64,000 nucleotides of DNA, from contig NC_043007.1 of assembly GCF_006345805.1 (NCBI RefSeq), positions 21,390,001 to 21,454,000 on the forward strand, given 5' to 3'. Source of the stretch: Octopus sinensis. Taxonomy: Eukaryota. The position numbers and the translations under genes are program-made. This document shows, one piece after another, positions 50,320 through 64,000 of the stretch. The notes under the pieces were generated by a model. The model searched no databases. It was not told the DNA's origin and saw nothing but the letters and a program-made list of their open reading frames with translations. Position 1 is the first letter of the stretch, and the number at the start of each line of letters is the position of its first letter.

Positions 50320-51116
50320 TATATATAAAATACAAAATGGGACAAGAACGCAAAACATCCAAATAGCTGATGCAAAAAACACGGACGGGTCATTCGAAGC
50401 CTTTAATCTTCAGTCAAGAGCTGGATCATCCTTGCAGTTTCGGCTGATTTATCTTGAGATTGCTCCAATCTGGCCAGCCCCAAGGAAAAACTAAGCTAAG
50501 AGCATTAGATTCCTATATATATATATATACACATATACATATATACGACAGGCTTCTTTCAGTTTCCGTCTACCAAATCCACTCACAAGGCTTTGGTTGG
50601 CCTGAGGCTATAGTAGAAGAGACTTGCCCAAGGTGCCACGCAGTGGGGCTGAACCCGGAACCATGTGGTTGGTAAGCAAGCTACTTACTACACAGCCACT
50701 CCTGCACCTATCATCATAATTTTCCATGCTCAAATGGATCATATGGAATTTGTTGACAACTCTCACCTGTTCCCAAGTAAGGTTATATATTTCCCCATGA
50801 CCTGACATGTTGTGGAAGACTGGAAATGAAGAACACTACTTGTATGATCGTGAAACTCGTTTATGACTATCATGCGAAGTCAAAGGCATGGAGACAGTAA
50901 CATATGCACCAAATATACACGCGTGTGTGTGTGTGTGTATGTGTGGTGTGTGTATTGATATATGTGACAGACTTCATTCAGTTTCTGTCAATGGTCTCTA
51001 CTCATAGGGCATTTGTTGGCCCAGGGCTATAACAGGAGTCATTTGGCCAAGGTGCCATGCAGCAGGACTGAACCTGAAACTATGTGGTTGAAAAGTGAGC
51101 TGCTTAACCATACTGC

Positions 51117-51175
<59 letters not shown>

Positions 51176-51305
51176 GGTATGTAGAAAAATACAACATGGA
51201 CAAGAACATATAACTCTTAGAAGACGATACAATAAACATGGACAGGACATTCGAAACCCTCAGTCTTCAGTCAAGAACCGGATCATCGTAGTAATTTCGG
51301 CTGAT

Positions 51306-51345
<40 letters not shown>

Positions 51346-51352
51346 TATGTGT

Positions 51353-51386
<34 letters not shown>

Positions 51387-51399
51387 GTGTATATATATG

Positions 51400-51435
<36 letters not shown>
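49212..51435. repeat. Near-identical ~1.1-kb tandem duplication
   Basis: AAAATACAAAATGGGACAAG at 49241 and 50327 (period 1086); the copies differ mainly in microsatellite length. Confidence 0.92.
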
Positions 51436-51475
<40 letters not shown>

Positions 51476-51935
51476 TAATAGATGGGTAGGTAGATATACA
51501 CACACATATGCACATATATGTCCACACATATATATATATACATATATGTACATACATACATAGATACATACATGTAAATACAAAGTTTATATACAAATGT
51601 GTCTTTAAATTCTTAATCAAAGTTCTAAGGAGACTGGTCATAAAATAACGGACTCAATACTTGTGAAGTACGGTATAAAATATTTATCTTCATGTCTGTG
51701 TGTGAGCGCCTGCGAGTATGTGTACACACCTATCTATTTATAATTAATAATTTTGATGTATTGCAAAAATGGTGTATGTGTGTGTGTGTGTGTGTGTGTG
51801 CGTGTATCTATGTATGAATGCATATGTGTGCGTATATATATATGCATATAAATATATACATATATATATATATATACATATATAGGCATATAAATATAAA
51901 CACATATATGCATATACATACACACACACACACAC

Positions 51936-51999
<64 letters not shown>

Positions 52000-52009
52000 T
52001 ATATAGAGA

Positions 52010-52496
<487 letters not shown>

Positions 52497-54364
52497 ATTT
52501 GTATAATACATATTGAAATTAAATTTTTATTGTTATAACTTTTATTGATAGGTATTGTTTAATTCAAAAGCCATTCATCCTAGTTATATTGGTAATCCGA
52601 GAAGCGGCGGGGAAAGGAAAGCAAGAATTATTATAGCCAGCCATAACAAATTGTCTTAAGCTGTCTCCATCTATAGGATGAGTCAACACTGTTCTATGCT
52701 TTACCATTTATGGTAGTTACCGCGCTTTTCCTAGGACTTTTTTTTAGGGAACCTATCATATTCGCCCCTTATATGCGAGAAATCTGTGTCTAGACTTATT
52801 GGTATGGAAATAAAAACCAAATACTTTCCTCTACGGATGCTGGAAAGTAGTTTTTTTTCCACCCTTTTCATATGGAGGTAGACTCTTTACTAAGGAATTA
52901 AAGTAGTGCATATTAAAGATACCAAGTTATTTGCGTGCGCCTGGGAAAAATAATTTCTATATCCATCTATATGTACACGCATTATTATTTTTGTACAATA
53001 ACGCACTGACCGCTATTTTCTCTTCGCAAAATTGCAAAGTGATAATCATTTGTGCCACAACAATTTTGTTTGAGCCAATTCTAGTCTATTATGGTCGAAT
53101 ATAAAAGGCGATGCAAGAGATCGTTGCAGACTAGCATTTCTGTTGCAGTTAAAGTATATTTTATCCTGTTTAATATATACCATGTCCTTTCAAGTGCGTA
53201 TAACAATAAAATTGCCGAAAACCAAGCTATTTCATTTAATGACCGGTATTGTCTGAGATACTCGCAAATGTATTTCTATGTTATTTGCACCTGTCCGTGT
53301 GTTTTGTAGTCGTATCCGCTTCTGTATTCCTTCCTTCCTTCTCTCTCTCTTTCTCTGTCACTCTGTAAATGTGTTTTAGGAAAATGGCTTTGTTCCTGGG
53401 TATCTGCTTCTGAGTATGTTTGTGTGTGTGTGTGTGCGCGTGTGTGAGTTGGGGTGGGGACTATGTATGCATGTACGTATGTATGTATGTATGTATGTAT
53501 GTATGTATGTATGTATGTATGTGTGTGTGTGTATGTGTGTATGTATGTATGAATGTATGTATGTATGTATGAGTGTGTGTGTGTATGTATGTATGTATGT
53601 ATGTATGTATGTATGTATGAGTGTGTGTGTGTATGTATGCACGTATGTATGCATGTATGTACGTACGTACGTATGTATGTATTATATACGGATACATGTA
53701 TGTATGTATGTATGTATGTATGTATGTATGTATGCATGTATGTATGTATGTACGTACGTACGTACGTATCTATGTATGTACGTACGTACGTATGTATGTA
53801 TGTATTATATATGGATACATGTATGTATGTATGCCTGCTTGCATGTGTGTATGTATGTATGTATGTATGGCTGTGTGTGTCATTGATCTCGATTAGGTGT
53901 GTTGTATGTGTGACTGCAGTCTCATTTTTGATTTGCGGTTTCGTAAAGAATTCATTGAAAATTTTAAGGAGAAATTAAAAGAGTATAGAATACCCGTTGA
54001 TAGAATACGTCTTAATGGTCGTTGGAGTCCCTAAAACTGAAATCAACAGTGTTAACAAACTCCCCCACTGCATGACAACAAGGGTGGTTGTTGATTAGGG
54101 TACAACACACAGGTTGTATTGCAGTGTGTCGTTCACACCAGACGTGTTCATTATTCCGATCACGGTGACACATTTGATCACAAATAATACATACTGCAGA
54201 TTGGACTTTCCCTCAAATATCATTGTCTCTTCCTGTTTTATAAAGATGAAGGGAGTTAGAGCTATAGTCACTCTGTAGTATTGCTTCCTACCTCAGTGAA
54301 ATAGTTGCTGTTACGGGTGTTATTTGTATGTGTATGTGTATGTGTGTGTCAATGCCTCTGACAT

Positions 54365-54450
54365 TCAGGAAGTGACACTGTTCGCTGCCCTACTAGATGG
54401 CGGGTTTCGAGAGAGATAACAAGCTAAGGAGGGGTTAGACAGATTAGATT

Positions 54451-54481
<31 letters not shown>

Positions 54482-54800
54482 AAGCAAGGTGAAGTGACTG
54501 TAAGTCTTTGTGTATCATTCCAGGTCTACCGTCGCCTCCACCCCACCAATCATTTCCCCCCCCCCCACCATCGCGGATAGCGAGCCCTCCGCCGCCGTCG
54601 CCCTCGCCCTGCTTGTTAGTTGCACCGTCTTCGCCGCCTCCACCGCCTTCTCCGCCGCCTTACTGCTGTCTACTCATTGTACAGTCAGTGCTTTTTCATT
54701 CACTACCAGTTCTGTTGTCTCTTTACCCGGTGCTTGTTGTGGACGGCGTGGTTCTCAACAGAGGACGGGGCCCCTCGCTATATTGCTAACGGCGTTACTA
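54365..54800 (+). promoter_or_regulatory. CpG-rich promoter or first-exon-like region
   Basis: High CpG/GCC density; CAGGAAGTG (ETS-like, 54366-54374), CTACTAGATGGCGG (CTCF/YY1-like, 54390-54403), a (GA)n tract, donor ACT|GTAAGT at 54499/54500, and CCAAT at ~54546. Confidence 0.5.
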
Positions 54801-56866
54801 TATATCTCTGACAAACAACCAAATCTGTTAATTAATTAAAAGGTAGTGTACATTAATTAATTCTTTTTCATTCAATCATGTTTCAAATGTAACCCGATTT
54901 CTTCTGTTCCAATTTTTCCTGATAAGTTGTTTGTGTTTTGTTGTTTTCCAACCCGTTCTTTGTATGTATTTTTCTCCAGAGAAGAAAATGTCAAAAAAAC
55001 ACAAACGAAACCTCCTGGAAAATACATTGTCTTTTAAAATATAGCGATTAATTTTATATAGGATTTAGTGTTTGTAACTAGATATCATCTCATTTCATTT
55101 CTTTTATTACAATTACTATTTTTTCATTCATGGAAACTAAGTTGCTGTAATGATATATCGTAAAATAATAAGAAAATAGTCTGTAATTTTTACCGCTTGA
55201 CAGATATCGAATTGAGAGTAAGAAAGAATCACAGTCTATATAAACTAGTATAGAAATTGATCTGTATTTCTATAGCCAGGTTCCATTGTTTTTTTCATGT
55301 TTATTCCGTTTAAAATCCAATGGAAAAAATAGACTTTCTGAAAGGAAATGGTTAAAAAAATGCGTAGTGATTTATTAAAAATGTTCTATCATCTTTAGAT
55401 TTCGCAATTAAAAATATTTGAAAGGAATAATTAAATATTTATCGTTTAGCGCGCTGAGTTACGGAAAATTCTAATTTGGTAATTTTCCCCTTATATTGAG
55501 GAACGTAATTAAAGCTACCAATGCTTTTACCAACTTCTGCTATTTTGATCGATTTCTCTAGCCAAAGCCCAGTATCACTTATATTTGCTTTCCACTTCAT
55601 AACAGTCTTCTTCTGTCACTAGAACCTAATAAAACTGTGATTTTTGAAGTTTTTGCTCTTGTTGACTATATCTGAAGATATGTCTTCTCACCCTCAACAC
55701 ACACACACACTTTTATTCTTTGTTTCTTTATAATTTATAAGAATGAACATTTTCTTGTTAAAATTTTATCCTTTGTGTCAATAAAGGATCCTTTTGTATT
55801 CTTCAAGAATCAAAATTGCCCCTGAAAAAAAAAAAAAGTAAGAAATAATCCGGATTCTAAGTATTTATTTAGCTGTGCATTCATTCTAAAGAAAGAATGA
55901 ATGCTTATTAGGAAAAGCAGATTTAATATTTTCCCTTTAACGCACTGAGATGCGTTGCAAAACTGATTTTGCGAAGAAGAAAAAGACACTTTTTTTATTG
56001 AAACCTAACAGCTGTATGTTAAAACTAACCAAATTTTTATTTCGTTAAAACTATTTTCTCCCATTTTTATGATTCAAAGAATTGGATTCTTATCAGTTGT
56101 CAGGAGGGAAACGTTTGGCATCTTAACTGATTCTCCACTCCCTAAAACGAGATTCATTTTTTACTATATCTGCATTTACAATGTTCATTTCCCTGTCCAC
56201 ATTCATCTTTAGCGCAATCACACTATCATTATCAAAATCAGCATCATTTAACATTTCCTTCCATTCTTTGTTCATATTCCTGGTTTCACTCATCTCTTTC
56301 TTGTCTTTTTCCCCCCCTTCTTCTTTTATTAAACATTCTCTTAAATTCCATTTCTTAATTTTTCTCTTAATTCTCGTTACACATTTCTCTTTCATATACA
56401 CGCCAGTCAAAGACCACACACTTGCATGATGTCTTTCTGTTCAAAGCATTATCGATTCTTCTCTTGTGCCAACATGATGCTTACTCAAAATAATAAATTG
56501 TACACAGAAGCAGTTTCTCTCTTCCGAGCTTTGCACCATTCTTTAGCTTTCTGCTATCAGCCACCATTTTGCAGCCCTGCAAGTGCAACTATACTGCACT
56601 TCACCAATTTAACATGTTTATTGCACTTCTTTAGAATTTAAATCAGTCTTTTACTGGAATAATCTAGAAACGAGGGTTAGCCATATGAGTTAAAAGATCT
56701 ATATTTAACGTGTGTGTGTATGAAAATCAAAATGACTAGGTTTGTCTATATATAAGTCCATGTTTGTATATTTGTGTGTCCATGTGTCTATATATGTCTG
56801 TATCTACATATATGTATGTTTATATAAGGCTATATATGTCTCTCTCTCTCTATCTATCTCTCTATC

Positions 56867-56918
<52 letters not shown>

Positions 56919-56922
56919 CTTA

Positions 56923-57033
<111 letters not shown>

Positions 57034-57307
57034 CATGGTTGAACATTGCATATGTGTATGCATGTGCATGGAAATTTCAGAATTGTTTGTAAGTTGATAA
57101 AATCTATCTCTGCTGCTTCTAATATAAAAGGTATATGTTGAGAATATATACAGGAAATATCATTTTTATCTTTAAAAAAAAATGATAGGCTTAAAATACT
57201 TTAGGATCATGTGAGATTAAATGAAAGTAGCTCTTTTTCACAAAAGTGGAGTTTGACATGACTTTGCATTACTTTTTGATTCAGAAATACATACATACAT
57301 CCATGCA

Positions 57308-57338
<31 letters not shown>

Positions 57339-57341
<3 letters not shown>

Positions 57342-57429
57342 CAATAATAAATCTCTGAATGAGGTATAAACTGTAGCTGCACGACAATGTGAAGTATATT
57401 TGCCACTTAAATGTGGCTAATCTCTAATG
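57339..57429 (-). mobile_element. Junction-spanning fragment of the 354-nt HHR element family
   Basis: AAGC-AATAATAAATCTCTG-AATGAGGTATAAAC joins the right end and left end of the 21.56-21.93 kb unit. Confidence 0.75.
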
Positions 57430-57436
57430 ATGTATT

Positions 57437-57486
<50 letters not shown>

Positions 57487-57498
57487 CATACATACATA

Positions 57499-57584
<86 letters not shown>

Positions 57585-57592
57585 CATACATA

Positions 57593-57628
<36 letters not shown>

Positions 57629-57660
57629 CACATACATACATACATCTCTCTCTCTCTCTC

Positions 57661-57691
<31 letters not shown>

Positions 57692-57703
57692 CATACATAC
57701 ATA

Positions 57704-57741
<38 letters not shown>

Positions 57742-57742
57742 C

Positions 57743-57777
<35 letters not shown>

Positions 57778-59461
57778 TGTATCTATATATATATATATAA
57801 AGTTTCATGACAAAAGAAATTTCTTTTAATACCCTTAGCATGATTGTTTAATTGCACCCCATTGGCACTCCCTCATATTTTTGCCAGATGCTGCTTCTTC
57901 CCATCATCTCATTGTGAAATAATTCATCTATTAGTTCAAGGAGAGGCGAGGAAAGGAACAGAAAGAGATCTGGATTCTCCCAAACTCTCTTTTAATCTTT
58001 TACTGTATATAAAATTCGTTAGAAGGTTTCAGCGTTTTTTAAATTTTTTTCTTTCTTTTAAATCTTACGAGGATTAATGATTCATTAATCTACAAACACT
58101 TTTGATTCTTAAATAGATGTTGCAGTAATGTAATAATTAACATAGTGTAAAGTTATTCCTCATCACGATTCTCTTAATAGCACAATCAGTCATAATTAGG
58201 GTTTGGCTACTGTTAAAGTTAACTCCTTGCTACCTAGCTATTCCTCAAATGGAATTAGGCTTATTTGTAAGTCTTCAGTTCCACTTGTGTTTCGGTAGGG
58301 TAGAGGTTTTAGACATATTTCGTGTTGGTTGAATGGGGGATAGGTTGGGTTCCATCCACTATAGTAGCAGTTCTTTTGCTATAGGTGAAATATTGGGCAT
58401 GTGAACTGATTGAGGTGGGTTTGACTGAGACACGAGATGAGGATGGGATTTCGACGTTTTGGTGCAGCAGGAATGATTAGTGTACAACTGGGATTGAGAT
58501 TAAAAGATTAAATAAGCAGAGATTTTTCTCTTTTTTTTTTCATTTTTTCTTTTTTGTTTGTTATAACAAGAGATGAAGAGAAGATACGTCCCTGGCATAT
58601 TTTTAGATATTTGAGCATGTTTATTAAGGTGGAGTCTTTATCAATGAAAGATTTATTTCTGTCTGGTAGAAATTTCAAAAAGCAGAATTTTTCTTTACTC
58701 TAATTCTGTTGAGACTTACACAGATGCATGTTCGAATCATTTGAAATGCAGGATACATGGTGGTGGTCGTGGTGGTGGGTTGTCTATAATCTGAAGGTTT
58801 AGCTGTAAACTGAAAGTGAACACACGCTTTTGTACGAGTGTTTTTCAGCAACAGAGAATGGTTATTTGATAAATACAATTTTTATTTTATTTTCTTTCCA
58901 TTATTGATTAGCAGAAAATATTATAAATGATTTCATTGGTGTATATCATATTCAATAGTGAAATATGATTGTGCTGGGAGCTATTTATAGTAAGAGACTA
59001 TTTTAATTATTCATTATCTTGAGAGAATTTTTTTTTTCATACATGTTATTACCATAGTTCGAAATATTTTATGAATTTCTATACTTGCGTGACTTTTTTC
59101 CTTATCCATTTGGTACCTCTTAGACTAGCCTTTGTAGCAAGTATTCTAATTCACCTAAGTCAGCAACACAAGGCTTGTTGAATCACCAAGAGAGCTTCTA
59201 TATAGTAGCTCAACATGCTAGAAATAGCAACCAACTCTTCCTTAGAACACACCTTACTGTCTTAAGAAAGGAACATATTAGATCACGTGAGTTTGATCTT
59301 GCTAAATATTACTATGTACTAGTCGCAGGAGGTGGTCATGGCCGGATTACCTTTGATCATTAAGTTCTGTTGAAGACAACATTCGGCTTGTATTAAGCTC
59401 TATATACACCCCGGCAACTATTCACTCATCGTGCTTTATTTTAGATCTTGTACAGTATATG

Positions 59462-59830
59462 TAGGGGTGGGCATGGCTGTGTTGTAAGAAGTTTACTTCC
59501 CAACCACATGGCTCTAGGTTCAATCCCATTGCCTGGCATCTTGGTAGTGTCTTCTTCTACTATAGCCCCAGGCCAACCAAGACCAAGTCTTGCGAGTGGA
59601 TTTAGTAGATGGAAACTGAAGAAGGCCCATCATGTGTGTGTGTGTATGTGTGTGAACATGTTTCTGTCTCTTGGGCTTGTCATAATGTAATAGTTATAAA
59701 TGATTCTTGCTGTCATGCAAATGGTGTCGTTCATTCTGAATATTCTACAGGAACATGTCTAGCCATGGGGAAGAATTTACCTTGCTTCGAAACAAGTGTG
59801 GGTTGGTAATTGCATCCAACCTATGCAAGC
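59462..59830 (+). mobile_element. Diverged SINE (family A head, variant 3' half)
   Basis: tRNA-like head, GGAAACTGAAGAAGGCCC block and microsatellite. Confidence 0.65.
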
Positions 59831-60073
59831 ATAGAAAAGTAGATATTAAAATAATGATATATATATATATATTATGAATATAGATATTATATATATATAC
59901 ATACACACACACACATACACATATATATATATTTATATATATGTACATATCTAGATAGATATATACATACATATATATACACATACACACATGTATATAT
60001 ATATGTGTGTATGTATATATATATATATAAAGATATATGCATACATATACACACACACGCACATATATATATG

Positions 60074-60120
<47 letters not shown>

Positions 60121-60237
60121 AGATATATACATATGTATGTGTGTGTATATATATATACATATATATAGACAGATAGATAAATAGATAGATGTAGATATAT
60201 ACATACATATATGCATACACATATTATACACACACAC

Positions 60238-60281
<44 letters not shown>

Positions 60282-60404
60282 GCATACACACACACATACA
60301 GATATATATACATATATATGTATATATACATATATATATATACATACATATATATGTATATATACATATATATATATACATACATATATATGTATATATA
60401 CATA

Positions 60405-60436
<32 letters not shown>

Positions 60437-61064
60437 CATACATATATATGTATATATACATATACATATATACACACAATACCTTGTTTATACTTCCACT
60501 ACTTGCATACACTTAATTAGTGGTCTTTGACTTGGTTACTTCTTGTAGGATTGCCTTTCAGCAACTTCCTATCCTTAGTCACATCCCAATCTTAAATACT
60601 TTAGTTTTTCCTTTTTCCTTCTACTGCTATTCTCATTTGTCATCCCCAAATATGTAAAAAGAAAAAAAGAAAAGGAAAATGAAAGAAAGAAATCCATTAT
60701 ATATTTTCATGTTTTGTTAATTCTTCTTGAATCTTCCTTCTTCTTTATCCTCCTCATCATTTTATCACTTTCACTTGGGTCATTTGGAATTTGTTGAGGC
60801 AGATTTTCTGCAGCTCAATGCTCTTCCTGTCACTAACCCATACCTGTTTCCAAGGGAGATAATATTTTCCCATGACTCGACACATTTTCATGGAAGATTG
60901 GGAATGGATGACACTGCTTGTATGAACAGTGACACCCATTTACAGCTATCACGTGATATGAAGACGGTCTTCCATAAACAACCTTGCCCGGACTTTTGCC
61001 TGGGAGGATAACTTTCTAGGTGTAATCATCCCATGGTCATTCATGACCGAAGGGGGTCATCATC

Positions 61065-61430
61065 ATCATCATCGTCATCATCGTTTAACGTCTGTTTTCC
61101 ATGCTAGCAAGGGTTGGACGATTTTGACTGAGGGCTGGCTAACCAGATGGCTGCACCAGGCTCCAATCTTGATTTGGCAGAGTTTCTACATGCCCTTCCT
61201 AACGCCAACCACTCCGAGAGTGTAGTGGGTGCTTTTTACCTGCCACTGGCACGAGGGCCAGTAAGGCGGTACTGGCAATGACCTCGCTCGAATCCTTTTA
61301 CACATGCCACCAGCACAGGTGCCAGTAAGGCAACATTGGTAATGATCACGCTCGAATGGTGCCCTTTTATGTGCCACTGGCACGGAAGCCAGTTGGCTGC
61401 TCTGGCAATGACCACGCTCAGATGGTGGTG
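61065..61430 (-). mobile_element. SINE family B copy
   Basis: Reverse-complement family B with subrepeats. Confidence 0.78.
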
Positions 61431-61544
61431 GTGGTGGAGGTGGGGGTCTCAATCAATTTTCTTTTAGTCTACTAAATTCAATCCGTTTATCTGTCCTTGT
61501 TTGTCCCCTCTGTGTTTAGCCCCTTGTGGGTAGTAAAGAAATAG

Positions 61545-61812
61545 GTATGGGCATGTTTTGAGGAGGGATGAACAGTATGTTCTGAGGAGGGTAATTGCAT
61601 TTGAGGTAAATGGAGCGCAAAAGCGAGGTCGACCGAGGAAAAGGTGGAGAGGACAGGTGAAAGAGATGATTGGGAGGGTTGGTTTGAAAAAGGAGGACGT
61701 CCAAAACTGGGTGAGATGGTGTTAGGGCGGTTGCTATGGCAGTGAGGTAGATCCAGCCACCCCTGTTAACAGGGACAAAACCCGAATTTGAAACGCTGGA
61801 TGATGATGATGA
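61545..61812 (+). mobile_element. RTE LINE extreme 3' end with (GAT)n tail
   Basis: Reads YGHVLRRDEQYVLRRVIAFEVNGAQKRGRPRKRW. Confidence 0.8.
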
Positions 61813-63477
61813 TATTGGGAGATAAACACACATACACACACACACAATGGGCTTCTTTCAGTTTCCATCTACCAAGGCTATAGTAGCAGACACTTGGTCC
61901 AAGGTGCCCTGCAGTGGGACTGAACCTGGAACCATGTAGTTGGGGTGTAAACCTCTTACCAAACAACCATGCTTACCAAGTAATTGGTATATGGTTTACA
62001 CAGCCAAGTAATCAACATGTGCTTTACCAATTATATTAGTTGTTAATAAAGTTATTTAATTGGTTTATGAATTTACCATTCCATAACTTAACCTCCCTCA
62101 TTTCCCAAGCTTTGTGTCTTAATCAAAACACATTTCTTGCTTTTAAAGTTTAGTGCTTCTGCAATTCTAATAATTCCATTACCAGAGCAGCCTTACTTGG
62201 AAGCCTGAGTTAATGAGAGAGTCTTTATGTGACCATTTGACCTGCTAGAAACCGCAGCCAAATCTCCTTGCTGTCTTTAAAAAATGAGAGATACTGAATA
62301 ATGCAGCCTGGATATGAGAAGGTGTGTAGCTTAGTAGTTAGGTTATAGAAGCTGCAATTATAAAATTGTGGGTTCAATTCCCAGATTGGATGATGTATTG
62401 TGTTCTTGGGCAAGGCTTTTCATTTCATTTTTTTACTCCAGTCCATTCAGCTAAAAATGAATGCATCTGCTGCAGAATGGTGCCTTGTAGACAATTACTC
62501 CAAAATTTTGCAGGTGCAACATGTCAGTGATCCTTCATGGTTGCAATACACCAATGATATGAGTCTGGGATGTGTTATTTTCCAAAACAAGAAGTGATGG
62601 TCATAGCATGATCGGAGATGATTTGAGACTGAGCATCATCATCATTGCCACCACCACCACCACCATCTATTTAATGTCTACCTTTTCATGCTTCCGTGGA
62701 TCAGATGGAGTTATTGAGGCAGCTTTTGTAAAGCTGGATGCCTTTCCTGCCACCAACCCATACCTATTTCCAAGCAAGGTTGGAAATGAGTGACATTAAT
62801 TTACAAAAATCATGCAATGTTAACACAAGGAGACACACACTCACACACAGCAACAATAAAGGAAAATATAAAGAAGAGCTAAAAAATACAAACAGTGTAT
62901 TAGGTTTACGCTCAGGAAAAATAGAAGTAAAAGTCTTTTTACGTTTTGAGCATATGCTCTTCTTCAGAACAAATAGACAAAGGGAGAAAAAAGAACAAAT
63001 GTGTCTCAAATAAATGGGCTTCTTTTAGTTTCCACCTACCAAATCAACTCCCAATGGTTTGGTTGGCTTTGGCTATGGCTATAGAAGACATTTACCCATG
63101 GTATTATACAGTGGGACTGAACCCAATGTCACATGGTTGAGAAGCAAACTTCTTAACCACACAATTGTTTTTAAATGCAGATCAATTATCCTGTTTCATT
63201 ACATTGAGTCAGGGCACTTATCACATTTGATATGATAGTAAAATTTCTCAACATACATTGTGCATTATCTGTACTTGTTGCTCTATCTGCATGTAGTACA
63301 AAGTTCTGACTTGCTGTTCTCCTTTATCCTCTGTGCAAGGTTCCCACCTCCTCAACTGTTTTAAGTCCAAACTCTGTAATAACTACTCTTTCAGTCTTTA
63401 AGGTTACCTGGGTTGAAACTTTTCTTATTTACATTATTTACATTTGACGGATATTTGTCTTCATCTTGTTTATTGTT

Positions 63478-63523
63478 AACACAACATTTCGGCTGATATA
63501 CCCTCCAGCCTTCATCAGGTGTC
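63478..63523 (-). ncRNA. Minimal type I hammerhead-like motif (Penelope-type terminal repeat)
   Basis: GACAC-CTGATGA-A-GGCTG gagggtatat CAGCC-GAAA-TGTT-GTGTT: stems I and II pair, with an extra A after the core and C15.2U. A truncated sibling of the flank lies at ~34015-34060. Confidence 0.62.
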
Positions 63524-63551
63524 TTGGGGAAATTTCTTAAGGTATTTTTCG

Positions 63552-63857
63552 ATATTATTATTATTATTCAGTAGTTTTATTTTTATAGCGTGCTTTCACT
63601 TCACTACCGAGTGCAGCTCTGTGTGCCTTGGGTATGTGCTGTGATTTGTTGTGATGCTCTGAAGGTATTGAAAGTGTTTTGCATAGGACGTGTGCAGTGT
63701 CCAGTAGTGCAATTTTCTGTATGTTATATGTGTTTGTAAGTCCTGGTGTTTTTGTTATGTATTTGTCTGAAAATTTTTTTATCATGCCTAATGCACCTAC
63801 TATGATAGGAATTGTTTCTGTTTTTAGATTCCACATTCTAGTTACCTCTATTTCCAG

Positions 63858-63860
<3 letters not shown>
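63552..63860 (-). mobile_element. R4/Dong-like RLE LINE 3' end with (TAA)n tail
   Basis: Reads LEIEVTRMWNLKTETIPIIVGALGMIKK...IQKIALLDTAHVL. Confidence 0.8.
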
Positions 63861-63893
<33 letters not shown>

Positions 63894-64000
63894 TATTATT
63901 ATTATTATTATTATTATTATCCAGGTCACTGCCTGGAATTGAGTCAAGTACTGGGATCTATTATTTCTCCATCTTTTATTCCTATCCACTGTCTGTCTGT

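Noticed and set aside
54508-54839. Pro-rich and Ala-rich ORFs in the CpG island
   Set aside because: No ATG start; explained by (CCG)-rich composition; more consistent with UTR or first-intron sequence.

Overview
AT-rich eukaryotic genomic DNA saturated with repeats. The microsatellite load and SINE/LINE families point to a coleoid cephalopod such as Octopus (inference; no search was run). No intact, identifiable protein-coding gene, rRNA or CRISPR array is present, and almost all long ORFs in the track are microsatellite artefacts. Supported content: several tRNA-headed or RTE-tailed SINE families, 3' fragments of RTE, CR1/L2-like and R4/Dong-like LINEs, a nearly full-length decayed mariner with an internally deleted sibling, MITEs, an intron-containing tRNA-Lys(UUU)-like pseudogene, a ~1.1 kb tandem duplication, and a CpG-rich, SINE-poor promoter-like zone at ~52.5-55 kb. 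The most unusual signal is a set of hammerhead-ribozyme (HHR)-like motifs in at least four unrelated small repeats. These include a 354-nt unit with a target-site duplication, terminal redundancy and an independent head-to-tail junction copy (retrozyme or Penelope pseudo-LTR-like), and a tandem trimer separated by (AAT)n. A few short candidate exons on both strands are reported at low confidence. All folds and alignments were done by eye.
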